From Alphaproteobacteria bacterium (lineage in GTDB: Bacteria; Pseudomonadota; Alphaproteobacteria; Rs-D84): 28,149 nt of DNA. Location: NCBI GenBank assembly GCA_009783855.1, contig WRCO01000015.1, positions 1 to 28,149 on the forward strand, given 5' to 3'. The notes below the pieces were generated by a model that worked only from the letters and a program-made list of their open reading frames with translations, searched no databases and had not been told where the DNA came from. Of this stretch, positions 7,816-16,353 are shown piece after piece. A program made the position numbers and the translations under genes. The number at the start of each line of letters is the position of its first letter. The stretch's first letter is position 1.

Positions 7816-9879
7816 TCAATCATGCGTTTTCTGCAAAAACTTTGCAATATTCTGGTCGCCGATTATCCGCGACATTCTGACTTTAATCAATCCTTGGTCC
7901 GCAAGTTTGGCCAAGATTTGCGGACGGCGGTCTTTAAGTTCGTCTATTATGATGTCTTCCATTTTATCCCGAGGCCGTCCGCAAAGATAACGCAATGTGT
8001 ATGGGCGTCCGCCTTTGTTTTTCCAAAGCCGCGCGGCAATGTAATGGGTCAATAATCTGTTTTCTGAAAAAGTAATGAAACTTGCATTTGTGCACAGCAC
8101 TTCGAAAATATCTTTTTCGTTTTTTCTTTTGGCCGCGGGCGACTGCAAAGCAAATGCTTTTTTATCATTCATCGCGACGAACAGGTTGAATCGGCTTATG
8201 ATGGTTTCGGATTTCATGGTAAGCAACGCCGGATTTACTATCGTCGCCCTCAGATACCGCTCTAACGATATATGCGGCGTGAATGCTTCGACAACCCCCT
8301 TGATATTGCGTTCCACCGTATCGGGAGAAGTGGTAAACAGCATTGCCGTTCTCATCGCAACATGCAGATATTGTTCGACCGGCATGTGCGGCGCGAATTT
8401 TTCCACCGCGCCGTTTATGTTGCTTATTATCTTGTCCGGCGACCTGCTGAACAATTCCAACAATGGCGCCTTTGCGGCAGTCTTTATATATTTTTCAAGC
8501 GTCAGCCCGGCGCGCCTAAATTCTTCAACAACGCCCATTATGTTGCGTTCTACAACACGCGGGGAAATGCTGAACAGCCAGGGATTGCTCATCGCTATCT
8601 TCGTATACTGCGCCAAAGTCGGGCCGCCCACATGTTCGAATTTTTCAACGACACCCTTTATATTGCCCACCACTGTATCGGACGATTGAGCCAACAGGTT
8701 GGGATATTTTTTCACAAGTTGCAAATATTGCGCGCGATTGGACCCCAGCTGTTCTGTAAATTCGTTCATCTTTCCTTCAAGTGTGTCCGGTGACCGAGTA
8801 AACAATGACGGCGCGCTTATCGCCATTTTCACAATTTGCGCGAACGAAAGTTCCGGCGCAAATTTTTCGGCGATTCCTTTTATATTGCGCTCTATTGTTT
8901 CGGGTAAGATGCAAAGCAGTTGCGGGACGTATTCCGCCGCTTTGATATATTGCCCAAGCGATATGTGCGGCGCAAATTTTTCCACAACGCCTTTTATATT
9001 TCGCTCTATTGTTTCCGGGTGAAGAGAAAGCGTCCTTGGGGCAGTTTCCATCATCTTCAAATATTTTTCCAACGTCAAATGCGGCGCGAATATTTCAACG
9101 GTGGCGTTTATGTGGCGTTCTATCAAATCGGGCGATGCCGTAAGCAATTGCGGAGATTTTTCCGCCATCCGCAAATATTTGCGCAAGCTCAGGCCCGCAT
9201 GCGCGAACCTTGCCACGACTTCGTTGGTCACTTCGTCTATTTTGCGGTCCGCTCTGTCGGACAGTTGAACATCCGGCGACGACCATTTCAGTTTCCCTTT
9301 GCGCAAAGCGTATATCGACACTGGGCCGGTCGGCTTTCCGGATTGTTCGCCGGCTTTGGCAAACTCCGCCCATCCAAGAATTCCGGCAACCTTTTCACGG
9401 TCGAACATTTTGTCAAACAGTTCCGGGGCCGAAAGCGCCGCCGACAAAGCCTGTGCGCGGGTAAGCGGTGGGAATTCTTTGACCAGGGCACCTATGTTAT
9501 ATCCCGCCATCCTGGGCGAAAGGGTAAACAGCACCGGATTTTCCAGCGCCGCCCGCCGATACCTTGGCCACGTCAGGCCGTCTCTTTCGAATTGCCGGAC
9601 CATCCCGTCCACAACATATTCCATTTCATCAACCGACATGGAAAGCAGCGACGGCATCTTTGTCACTATTTGCAGGCAATACGAATGCGACAAATCAAAG
9701 AATGCAAGCATATCGTCGAAAGTTTTCCTGAAATTCAAACGAAAGCCGTTTTTTTCGATTTGTGTTTTGGTAAACTCGTCATTTATCAATTTTTCTGCGA
9801 CATCGTCTATGGTGTCTTTTGGGAATCCCGAAATTGTCATAAGCTGCAATTTGACCTGGGTCTTTAGATTGTTTGTCAT
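7816..9879 (-). CDS. Large tandem-repeat protein: >=12 copies of ~37-aa helical repeat (P-x-LL-x-x-SP-[DE]-T-[IV]-E-R-N-I-K-G-V-V-E-K-F-A-P-H-x-S-L-x-x-Y-L-K), mTERF-like
   Basis: 687 aa; repeats read directly (e.g. PQLLCILPETIERNIKGIAEKFAPELSFAQIVKMAISA); spacing of P-LL, I-x-x-V-x-x-F and L-x-x-I matches mTERF-type motif (inference). Confidence 0.6.
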   Translation of the reverse strand: MTNNLKTQVKLQLMTISGFPKDTIDDVAEKLINDEFTKTQIEKNGFRLNFRKTFDDMLAFFDLSHSYCLQIVTKMPSLLSMSVDEMEYVVDGMVRQFERDGLTWPRYRRAALENPVLFTLSPRMAGYNIGALVKEFPPLTRAQALSAALSAPELFDKMFDREKVAGILGWAEFAKAGEQSGKPTGPVSIYALRKGKLKWSSPDVQLSDRADRKIDEVTNEVVARFAHAGLSLRKYLRMAEKSPQLLTASPDLIERHINATVEIFAPHLTLEKYLKMMETAPRTLSLHPETIERNIKGVVEKFAPHISLGQYIKAAEYVPQLLCILPETIERNIKGIAEKFAPELSFAQIVKMAISAPSLFTRSPDTLEGKMNEFTEQLGSNRAQYLQLVKKYPNLLAQSSDTVVGNIKGVVEKFEHVGGPTLAQYTKIAMSNPWLFSISPRVVERNIMGVVEEFRRAGLTLEKYIKTAAKAPLLELFSRSPDKIISNINGAVEKFAPHMPVEQYLHVAMRTAMLFTTSPDTVERNIKGVVEAFTPHISLERYLRATIVNPALLTMKSETIISRFNLFVAMNDKKAFALQSPAAKRKNEKDIFEVLCTNASFITFSENRLLTHYIAARLWKNKGGRPYTLRYLCGRPRDKMEDIIIDELKDRRPQILAKLADQGLIKVRMSRIIGDQNIAKFLQKTHD

Positions 9880-10003
9880 TTTGATGATTCCTTTTCGTCC
9901 GCCCTCCGTTACAGTATTAGACTAAATAACAATAAGTCAAGCCCAAAAACAGCCCCCGCATTCGCAAATTGATTTCCAAAAATATTAATATATACTGACC
10001 CTT

Positions 10004-10972
10004 ATGAAAACAACCAAAATCTTTGGTGCCGGCGAACTTGGCGCGGCGGCGGATATTATCCGACGCGGCGGGCTTGTCGCATTTCCGACGGAAACTGTTT
10101 ACGGACTTGGCGCGGACGCGGCGAACGGCGCGGCATGCGCCGAAATCTATGCCGTAAAGGGCCGGCCCGGCGACAACCCGCTTATCATCCATGTCCATGA
10201 TATTGCCGCGGCGGATAAAATCGCCGTCGTCTGTCCGCTTGCAAAAAAATTATTCGAAACATTCGCGCCCGGTCCAATCACAATCGTTATGCAATGCCGG
10301 CCGCCGTCTATAAACGGCGGACCCGATGTCGGGGTTCGCATTCCGCGTCATCCGGTTGCGCGAAAATTTTTGGAATTGTGCGATACGCCGGTCGCCGCGC
10401 CGTCTGCGAATATATCGGGCAGATTATCGCCGACGACCGCCGGCATGGTTATGCGCGATTTGGATGGGCGGATAGACGGCGTCATCAAATCGGACGACGA
10501 CATTGAATGCGGTTTGGAATCAACCGTTGTGTCTGTTCTTGGCGGCGCGGTGCGCCTGTTGCGCGCCGGAACAATTTCGCCGGAACAAATCGAAGAATGC
10601 ATCGGCGCGCCTGTTACGGTCGCAACCGCGCCCACAGCGGGCGAGCGCGCCCTGTCCCCGGGACAAAAATACAAACATTATTCGCCAAGCGTGCCGATGG
10701 AAACAATCGAAGACATTGACGCCTTGCATGCTATAACAGACAAACATAAAAACGAAAAAATCGGTGTCATGACCCTGGCCGCGCCGAAGCAAAGCACAGA
10801 CGGATGGGATGTGCGGGTCTTCAAAAGTCCGGCCGATTATGCAAAAAATCTTTATCGCACGATGGATGAAATGGGTCGCGGCGGATGCAAGAAAATCATC
10901 GCAATCCTTCCGCCGGATACCGGCGTCGGGCGCGCGATTCGCGACCGCCTTGTCAAAGGCGCGGCTGTCTAG
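10004..10972 (+). CDS. tsaC: L-threonylcarbamoyladenylate synthase, Sua5/YrdC/YwlC family (t6A biosynthesis)
   Basis: 322 aa; FPTETVYGLGADA YrdC signature, C-terminal Sua5 extension. Confidence 0.8.
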   Translation: MKTTKIFGAGELGAAADIIRRGGLVAFPTETVYGLGADAANGAACAEIYAVKGRPGDNPLIIHVHDIAAADKIAVVCPLAKKLFETFAPGPITIVMQCRPPSINGGPDVGVRIPRHPVARKFLELCDTPVAAPSANISGRLSPTTAGMVMRDLDGRIDGVIKSDDDIECGLESTVVSVLGGAVRLLRAGTISPEQIEECIGAPVTVATAPTAGERALSPGQKYKHYSPSVPMETIEDIDALHAITDKHKNEKIGVMTLAAPKQSTDGWDVRVFKSPADYAKNLYRTMDEMGRGGCKKIIAILPPDTGVGRAIRDRLVKGAAV

Positions 10973-12618
10973 CGCGCTTTTTTCTGAATCTTCAAAACGG
11001 CATCAGCCCGTATGGAATTGGCGGCAAGGATTGCATCCATTTCTTCCTGTGATTTTTTGAAAAGCGTTCTGAACGAATACATCTGCCCGCACTTTGATTT
11101 CAAAATATTCGCGGCGCGCGAAAGGTATTTCAAATGTTCTTCCGGCAATTCCAGCACGACGGGCATTTTGCACAGCGCGTCCCAAATATTCTGGGCGGCG
11201 GCGATATAGAATTCCTGTCTTGCATGCATTCCGACAATTATATTGATGCGGCGTATAACGACCTTTGGTTCCATAAACAGCAATGGGCACTTTTGCGCCA
11301 TTTGTTCGCAATAGGGGCGGGTAAGCCCCGCGCGTTTGAAATACAATCCGACGGTGTCTATATTGCGGTTCACAGTTGCCGGCGCCCAATTGTCAAACAC
11401 AGAGTCAGGTTTGCGGCAAGGTTTCGCGGGCTCCGTCTCTATTTTGTTATCCCGCCTTTTCATATTTGCGCGGCGGTCGGCGGCGCGTTGTTGGGGCGCG
11501 TTTATAATTTCGCGAATTTCTTTGTATGTCACCGCTTCGGGCGGAGTGACAAACAGCCGCGGATTATCCAGCGCCGCCTGTACATATATAGAACGTGTCA
11601 ATCCAAAGACAGTAAATTTGGCAACCGTTCCGTTTATATTTTCGGGCAAAGTTTCCGGAGTGACCAGCAACAGGAATCTGTTAGACCGCACCGCCGCTCG
11701 GAATTGATTGAATGTCAAATCCGGCGCCAACAGTTCGACGACTTTGTTTATGAATTTCGCAACCCTGCCCTTTTCGAACAAATCCTCTGCGGAAGCGTCC
11801 GCCGTTTCGTGCCCCGTTTTTTCCGGCAATTCAACCGGGGGAAGCAATGACAACGAAAGCGGCCGATAATACAGCGGCAACGACAGCGGCAACGAATACA
11901 ACGGCAACGACAAACGCGGCAATGATAATGTCGGCATCGGCATCGACGGCAACGGCACGAACACAGGCGGCGGCGCGCGTTCCGAAGTTTGCGTGATTTC
12001 AAGTTCCGCGATATGCGGCACGACTTCGACGACCGGTGGCGCGGACAGCGCGGGCGTTTGTATGGTTTTTTCTTGCACGTCTATTTCTATCGCGCCTTTT
12101 TCACAAGGCCCGGCAAGGACAATCCGGCCATCCAAAGCCGCGTTAAAGTAATCCGCATGGGAACACCCAAGCTTTTTAATAATCGATTCGATTTTTTCCG
12201 CCATCCGGTCGGGCGACAAATAAAACAACTGTAAGCATCCGCAAAGCGCCATCCGCACGGCGTCCGCCCGCGTCAGGTATTTTCCGTATTTGCCCATAAA
12301 CGCGTCCATGCAATATCTTGCGGCGCCGGATTGCGTGTAAAACACCTGGCTGTCTTGGAATTCAAGCGCCGCTGCAAGATATTCCGGAATGGTCAAGCCA
12401 TCGCTTTGGAAAGTTTCGGCGGTGTCTTTTATATTGTCGGCTATGTCGGGAAGCGACAACCGCGGCTTTTCAGAAATTAATTCCTTGAATTCTTTCCTTG
12501 GCAAATCCGGCGCAAGCGGCTTCAGTTTATCATAAATCCTGTCCGCCCATTTCGCAACAACCATTGGGTCAATTCCCACGCCGTCCAGCCTGATAGGTCC
12601 CGATTGAAATGGCTTCAT
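10969..12618 (-). CDS. Second repeat protein of same ~37-aa (mTERF-like) family, split by Pro/Leu/Ser-rich low-complexity linker
   Basis: 549 aa; repeats e.g. NRFLLLVTPETLPENINGTVAKFTVFGLTRSIYVQAALDNPRLFVTPPEAV; linker LSLPRLSLPLYSLPLSLPLYYRPLSLSLLPP encoded by imperfect CAGCGGCAACGA-type nucleotide repeats. Confidence 0.55.
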   Translation of the reverse strand: MKPFQSGPIRLDGVGIDPMVVAKWADRIYDKLKPLAPDLPRKEFKELISEKPRLSLPDIADNIKDTAETFQSDGLTIPEYLAAALEFQDSQVFYTQSGAARYCMDAFMGKYGKYLTRADAVRMALCGCLQLFYLSPDRMAEKIESIIKKLGCSHADYFNAALDGRIVLAGPCEKGAIEIDVQEKTIQTPALSAPPVVEVVPHIAELEITQTSERAPPPVFVPLPSMPMPTLSLPRLSLPLYSLPLSLPLYYRPLSLSLLPPVELPEKTGHETADASAEDLFEKGRVAKFINKVVELLAPDLTFNQFRAAVRSNRFLLLVTPETLPENINGTVAKFTVFGLTRSIYVQAALDNPRLFVTPPEAVTYKEIREIINAPQQRAADRRANMKRRDNKIETEPAKPCRKPDSVFDNWAPATVNRNIDTVGLYFKRAGLTRPYCEQMAQKCPLLFMEPKVVIRRINIIVGMHARQEFYIAAAQNIWDALCKMPVVLELPEEHLKYLSRAANILKSKCGQMYSFRTLFKKSQEEMDAILAANSIRADAVLKIQKKAR

Positions 12619-12620
12619 GT

Positions 12621-13154
12621 CTAGTGTTCCGGGTTTGATATTTTTTTAAGCTTTGCCGCAAACAGTCCGACTTCCGAAGCCTGGCGTTTTGCATATCTGG
12701 CAATCGCGTCGTTGATAATTTTGTTACGCTTGTCCGCATTGTCGTTGTTATAGGCTTTTTCCAATATCTTGTACGCAACCATGGCGTGAAAGCCTTTCAG
12801 GCATTGCTCTGATTCTATCACCACTTCGTACGTTTCTTTTTTCGCCCCGACCGTATATGGATATTTTTCCACGGTTCTTGTTGCTTGGGCGTACTTGTGA
12901 AAGTCCATGGTTTCGGTATAGCGGACATCATCGCATTTTGTAAGAACTTTTTCGTCCGTGGTCGACCCTATACTGTCAACGCCATTGCCGCCTATATAGT
13001 GTATTTCACAGGAATATGTTAAATTTTCCGGCGATGCCGTTGCAAGCGCGCCCCTCAGTTCGTTCGACACTGTGTCAACGGCTTTGTGATTGACAGAGCG
13101 AATCTCTTCGTAATCAGACTTTTTCATAACGGTTGCAAGGTTTTCGTTTTTCAT
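12621..13154 (-). CDS. Hypothetical protein, co-transcribed upstream of repeat-protein gene (2-bp gap)
   Basis: 177 aa ORF; no recognised domain; operon position. Confidence 0.45.
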   Translation of the reverse strand: MKNENLATVMKKSDYEEIRSVNHKAVDTVSNELRGALATASPENLTYSCEIHYIGGNGVDSIGSTTDEKVLTKCDDVRYTETMDFHKYAQATRTVEKYPYTVGAKKETYEVVIESEQCLKGFHAMVAYKILEKAYNNDNADKRNKIINDAIARYAKRQASEVGLFAAKLKKISNPEH

Positions 13155-13252
13155 GAATCTTTCCTTTTTATTTTATGGTTGTTCCCTTCTCCGTGTTCGG
13201 GATAGTACACTAAAATATATATTTATCAAGTATAAAATCCCCTGCGGGCCGA

Positions 13253-13282
13253 CTTGAAATCGCAAAAATTTCATCTATAGTG
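13253..13282 (+). promoter_or_regulatory. Candidate sigma32 (RpoH)-type heat-shock promoter for groESL (CTTGAAA ... CTATAGT)
   Basis: CTTGAAA -35-like element 15 nt upstream of CTATA core, ~20 nt before groES SD; no CIRCE inverted repeat seen. Confidence 0.4.
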
Positions 13283-13300
13283 TCTTCAAAGGAGCCCCCT

Positions 13301-13582
13301 ATGAAACCATTATACAATTACGTATTGCTTGAACGATTGGAAGAGCAAGATGTCACAACCGGCGGAATTCTTATACCCGACAACGCCAAGGAAAAGCCGG
13401 CGCGCGGAAAAGTCGTCGCGGTCGGCAACGGAACGTGGATTGACGGAATGCTTGTGCCGCTTACCGTGCGGTCGGGCGATACGGTGATGTTTGCCAAATG
13501 GGCGGCAAGCGCATCCGATATAAAAATCGACGGCAAAGACTTCGTAATCATAAAAGAAACGGATATTTTGGGAATTTTATAG
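13301..13582 (+). CDS. groES: Co-chaperonin GroES
   Basis: MKPLYNYVLLERLEEQDVTTGGILIPDNAKEKP...; start placed at ATG 13301 with aaggag SD (track ORF begins at upstream GTG 13280). Confidence 0.9.
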   Translation: MKPLYNYVLLERLEEQDVTTGGILIPDNAKEKPARGKVVAVGNGTWIDGMLVPLTVRSGDTVMFAKWAASASDIKIDGKDFVIIKETDILGIL

Positions 13583-13687
13583 TGGGTGCTGGCGGCTCGT
13601 GGTTTGCTTGTTTGGGAAATTCTTCCAACAAATTCATTCTACCGGCCACCAATACGAACCACCGGCACGAATAACAAGGAAAAACTT

Positions 13688-15298
13688 ATGGCAAAAGACA
13701 TAGTGTTTAACACTGACAAAATGCTTGCGGGCGTGGACAAACTTGCGAACGCTGTAAAAATCACAATGGGGCCAAAGGGCCGCACTGTCGTCATTGAAAA
13801 ATCGTACGGCGCGCCGAACGCGACCAAAGACGGCGTGACCGTCGCGCGCGAAGTATCGCTTAAGGACCCGGCGGAAAATATCGGCGCCAAACTTATTCAA
13901 GAAATGGCGAAAAAAGCGGGCGATGTCGCCGGCGACGGCACAACGACCGCGACCGTCTTGGCGCAAAAATTAATAGAAGGCGGAACGGCGAAAATCAAGA
14001 CGGGCATGAACCCGATGGATATAAAGCGCGGAATCGACATGGCCGCCAATGCCGCCTGTGCCGATATAGACGCGCACGCCGCGCCCGTGAAATCGTCGGA
14101 CGAAATCGCGCAAGTCGCGACAATTTCCGCAAACGGCGATGCGGACATCGGCGCGAAGATTGCGGACGCCATGGAACGCGTCGGCAAAGAAGGCGTAATA
14201 ACGGTTGAAGAGGCAAAGGGATTGGACACCGAAATCGATGTCGTCGAAGGCATGCAGTTCGCGAACGGATTCATGTCTACGTACTTTGTGACGAACGCCG
14301 AAAAAATGCTGTGCGAAATGGAGGGCGCGCAAATACTTGTTTCGGAAAAAAGAATTTCGGGCCTTCAGGCGCTGCTTCCGATATTGGAACCCGTGGCGCA
14401 ATCCGGCCGCTCGTTATTGATAATCGCGGACGACGTCGAATCCGAAGCGCTTGCGACGCTTGTACTAAACCGTCTTCGCGGGGGGCTTAAAATCTGCGCG
14501 GTAAAGGCGCCGGGATTCGGCGACCGCCGCAAGGAAATTCTTCGCGATATTGCGGCGCTTACCGGTGCGACGGTAATAAGCGACGATATGGGAATGACTT
14601 TTGAAAATGTAACGCCCGCCGTGCTTGGCGGCGCGAAGAAAATCGTCGTATCGAAAGATAATACTTTGATAACCGGAGGCGCGGGCGATGCGGGCGCGGT
14701 AAGCGCGCGCGCGGATGAAATCCGCGTCGCGTTGGAAAAAACAACGTCCGATTACGACCGCGAAAAATTATCGGAAAGATTGGCGCGCCTTGTCGGCGGC
14801 GTCGCGGTTATAAAAGTCGGCGGGATGACGGAATTGGAAGTCAAAGAAAAACGCGACCGCGTGGACGACGCGCTTGCCGCGACGCGCGCGGCGGTGACAG
14901 ACGGCATTGTTCCGGGCGGCGGCATCGCCCTGCTTCGCGCGGGCTCTGCGCTTTCCAAAATCAAGGGCGCGAACGCGGACCAGGACATCGGAATTGAAAT
15001 TGTGCGCGGCGCGCTTTCATCGCCGGCATCGCAGATTATCGAAAACGCGGGCGATTCCGCCCTTACAATCGTTGCGAAAATCGCGGGCGATAACGATTAC
15101 AATTTCGGATACAACGCGCAGACGGGCGAATACGGCGACATGATGAAGATGGGAATCGTCGACCCGGCAAAGGTTGTGAAGACCGCGCTTCTTGCCGCGA
15201 CGTCGACCGCGGGCGTGATGCTTACCACCGGATGCGTGATGACGGAAATTCCGGAAGAAAAACCGGCATCGCCCGCGGGCGGCATGCCGATGATGTAA
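13688..15298 (+). CDS. groEL: Chaperonin GroEL
   Basis: [11 protein letters not shown]..., [12 protein letters not shown] motif, C-terminal GGMPMM; start refined to ATG 13688 with aaggaaaaa SD. Confidence 0.9.
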   Translation: MAKDIVFNTDKMLAGVDKLANAVKITMGPKGRTVVIEKSYGAPNATKDGVTVAREVSLKDPAENIGAKLIQEMAKKAGDVAGDGTTTATVLAQKLIEGGTAKIKTGMNPMDIKRGIDMAANAACADIDAHAAPVKSSDEIAQVATISANGDADIGAKIADAMERVGKEGVITVEEAKGLDTEIDVVEGMQFANGFMSTYFVTNAEKMLCEMEGAQILVSEKRISGLQALLPILEPVAQSGRSLLIIADDVESEALATLVLNRLRGGLKICAVKAPGFGDRRKEILRDIAALTGATVISDDMGMTFENVTPAVLGGAKKIVVSKDNTLITGGAGDAGAVSARADEIRVALEKTTSDYDREKLSERLARLVGGVAVIKVGGMTELEVKEKRDRVDDALAATRAAVTDGIVPGGGIALLRAGSALSKIKGANADQDIGIEIVRGALSSPASQIIENAGDSALTIVAKIAGDNDYNFGYNAQTGEYGDMMKMGIVDPAKVVKTALLAATSTAGVMLTTGCVMTEIPEEKPASPAGGMPMM

Positions 15299-15303
15299 GG
15301 AAT

Positions 15304-15330
15304 CGCGCGCCCACGGGCGCGTGTTTTCTT
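15304..15330. terminator. GC-rich hairpin + T-run after groEL
   Basis: GCGCGCCCacGGGCGCGtgttttctt directly after groEL stop. Confidence 0.55.
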
Positions 15331-16018
15331 ATCTGCGGTTCAGCTTGCACCGGGCAATGCGGTATAAAAGCTCCACGGCTGTTTTTTGCGACTTTCTGAA
15401 TATTGCCATATTGCTGATTTGATTTATCGGGCCATACTTGACGCGCCAATACGCGCCGCCGTGGTCGTCAAAGAACGCCTGTTGCGTGTCGCATACTATA
15501 ATGTCGCCCGGCGCATCGCGCAAAGATAATTCCACGCGTATTTTGTATACCAATCCCAATGCTTCGAACGCGTATTCCGGCTCTCCGTATTTCGGATATA
15601 TCTGCTGCCACTTGGTGCCCTTTGTACCCGAAGCTGCGCGCGAAAGAAAGCCAAGAATTTTGACGTTAATTCCCGGGCATCTGTATTCAAAATCCGATTC
15701 AATCTGTTGTTTTGCCCGCGGAAACCAAGGTCCCCGGTGAGTGAACACACGGACAGTTTCAAATTCTCCCCATTTGTTTGTGATGTTTTGGTATATTCTT
15801 TTGTTGTTAAAAAATCTGTCATCGCATACGACCCACGGCACGCCTTCTTTGTCTACTATTATATGATTGCTTAATTCATATTCGCCGCGCAGCAACGGAA
15901 AATCCCACGAAGAATATTCCGCAACGCCAAAGGGCTTCGGCGCGACCGGGGCGGACAGGCGGCCCGATAAATTTTTTACAAATTCTACAATAGTGTCCGT
16001 GATGATTTTCATTACCAA
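15329..16018 (-). CDS. Hypothetical protein
   Basis: 229 aa ORF; W/F/Y-rich; sits next to GT92 locus; no family recognised. Confidence 0.4.
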   Translation of the reverse strand: MVMKIITDTIVEFVKNLSGRLSAPVAPKPFGVAEYSSWDFPLLRGEYELSNHIIVDKEGVPWVVCDDRFFNNKRIYQNITNKWGEFETVRVFTHRGPWFPRAKQQIESDFEYRCPGINVKILGFLSRAASGTKGTKWQQIYPKYGEPEYAFEALGLVYKIRVELSLRDAPGDIIVCDTQQAFFDDHGGAYWRVKYGPINQISNMAIFRKSQKTAVELLYRIARCKLNRR

Positions 16019-16083
16019 CGTTTTTGTTACACGCCCATGATAATATAATTTTAATTTCTGTCAATGATTTTCAGAAAAACCGC

Positions 16084-16111
16084 TTGCAAACGCCGACGAA
16101 TAAAATATAAT
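16084..16111 (+). promoter_or_regulatory. Sigma70-like promoter TTGCAA-16bp-TATAAT upstream of tRNA-Gln
   Basis: -35 TTGCAA (16084-16089), 16-bp spacer, perfect TATAAT (16106-16111); ~45 nt upstream of tRNA 5' end. Confidence 0.5.
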
Positions 16112-16162
16112 GCGCACGCCGAACCACCCATCACGAACTTTGTTCGCGTCGGGGCCCGGTAT

Positions 16163-16236
16163 TGGGACGTAGTTTAACGGTAGAACAGCAGACTCTGACT
16201 CTGTTGGTTGGGGTTCGAATCCCTGCGTCCCAACCA
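16163..16236 (+). tRNA. tRNA-Gln (anticodon CTG)
   Basis: Manual fold: 7-bp acceptor (TGGGACG/CGTCCCA), D-arm GTTT/GAAC with GG loop, anticodon stem GCAGA/TCTGT, loop CTCTGAC (U33-CUG-A37), T-loop GGTTCGAATCC, encoded CCA. Confidence 0.75.
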
Positions 16237-16275
16237 GCTGTTCAAACCACAGGTGTTTACAAAATATGGGCCTTT

Positions 16276-16289
16276 CCCCCCCCCCCCCC
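16276..16289. repeat. Homopolymeric C14 tract between tRNA-Gln and glycosyltransferase start
   Basis: tttCCCCCCCCCCCCCCtcgc; 64 nt upstream of ATG 16354 and in the same continuous reading frame as the GT gene. Confidence 0.95.
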
Positions 16290-16353
16290 TCGCTTATACC
16301 TTTACCTGTTTTCGCTGATTCACAGGCGTTTTGTCGGTTTTGTATGCGGACTT

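Noticed and set aside
8075-9925. Plus-strand ORFs 8075..8689, 8272..8793, 8699..9022, 8920..9867 and 9299..9925
   Set aside because: All are antisense to the 687-aa repeat-protein gene. The repetitive coding sequence generates long open reverse frames. None has an SD or recognisable motif.
11134-11850. Plus-strand 238-aa ORF and the Cys/Arg-rich 11748..12002 ORF
   Set aside because: They are antisense or frameshifted frames within the second repeat-protein gene, and the CRCR repeats mirror its nucleotide quasi-repeats.
13586-13687. Extended N-termini in the ORF track (groEL from 13586, groES from 13280, MFS from 18772, MipA from 19719, GT92 from 16162, 23311..24276 from 24276)
   Set aside because: Conserved protein N-termini with proper SD sequences lie at internal ATGs. 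The extensions run through a tRNA, intergenic DNA or opposite-strand genes.
13897-14401. Minus-strand ORFs inside groEL (13897..14274, 13970..14401 and others)
   Set aside because: They are antisense to an unambiguous groEL.
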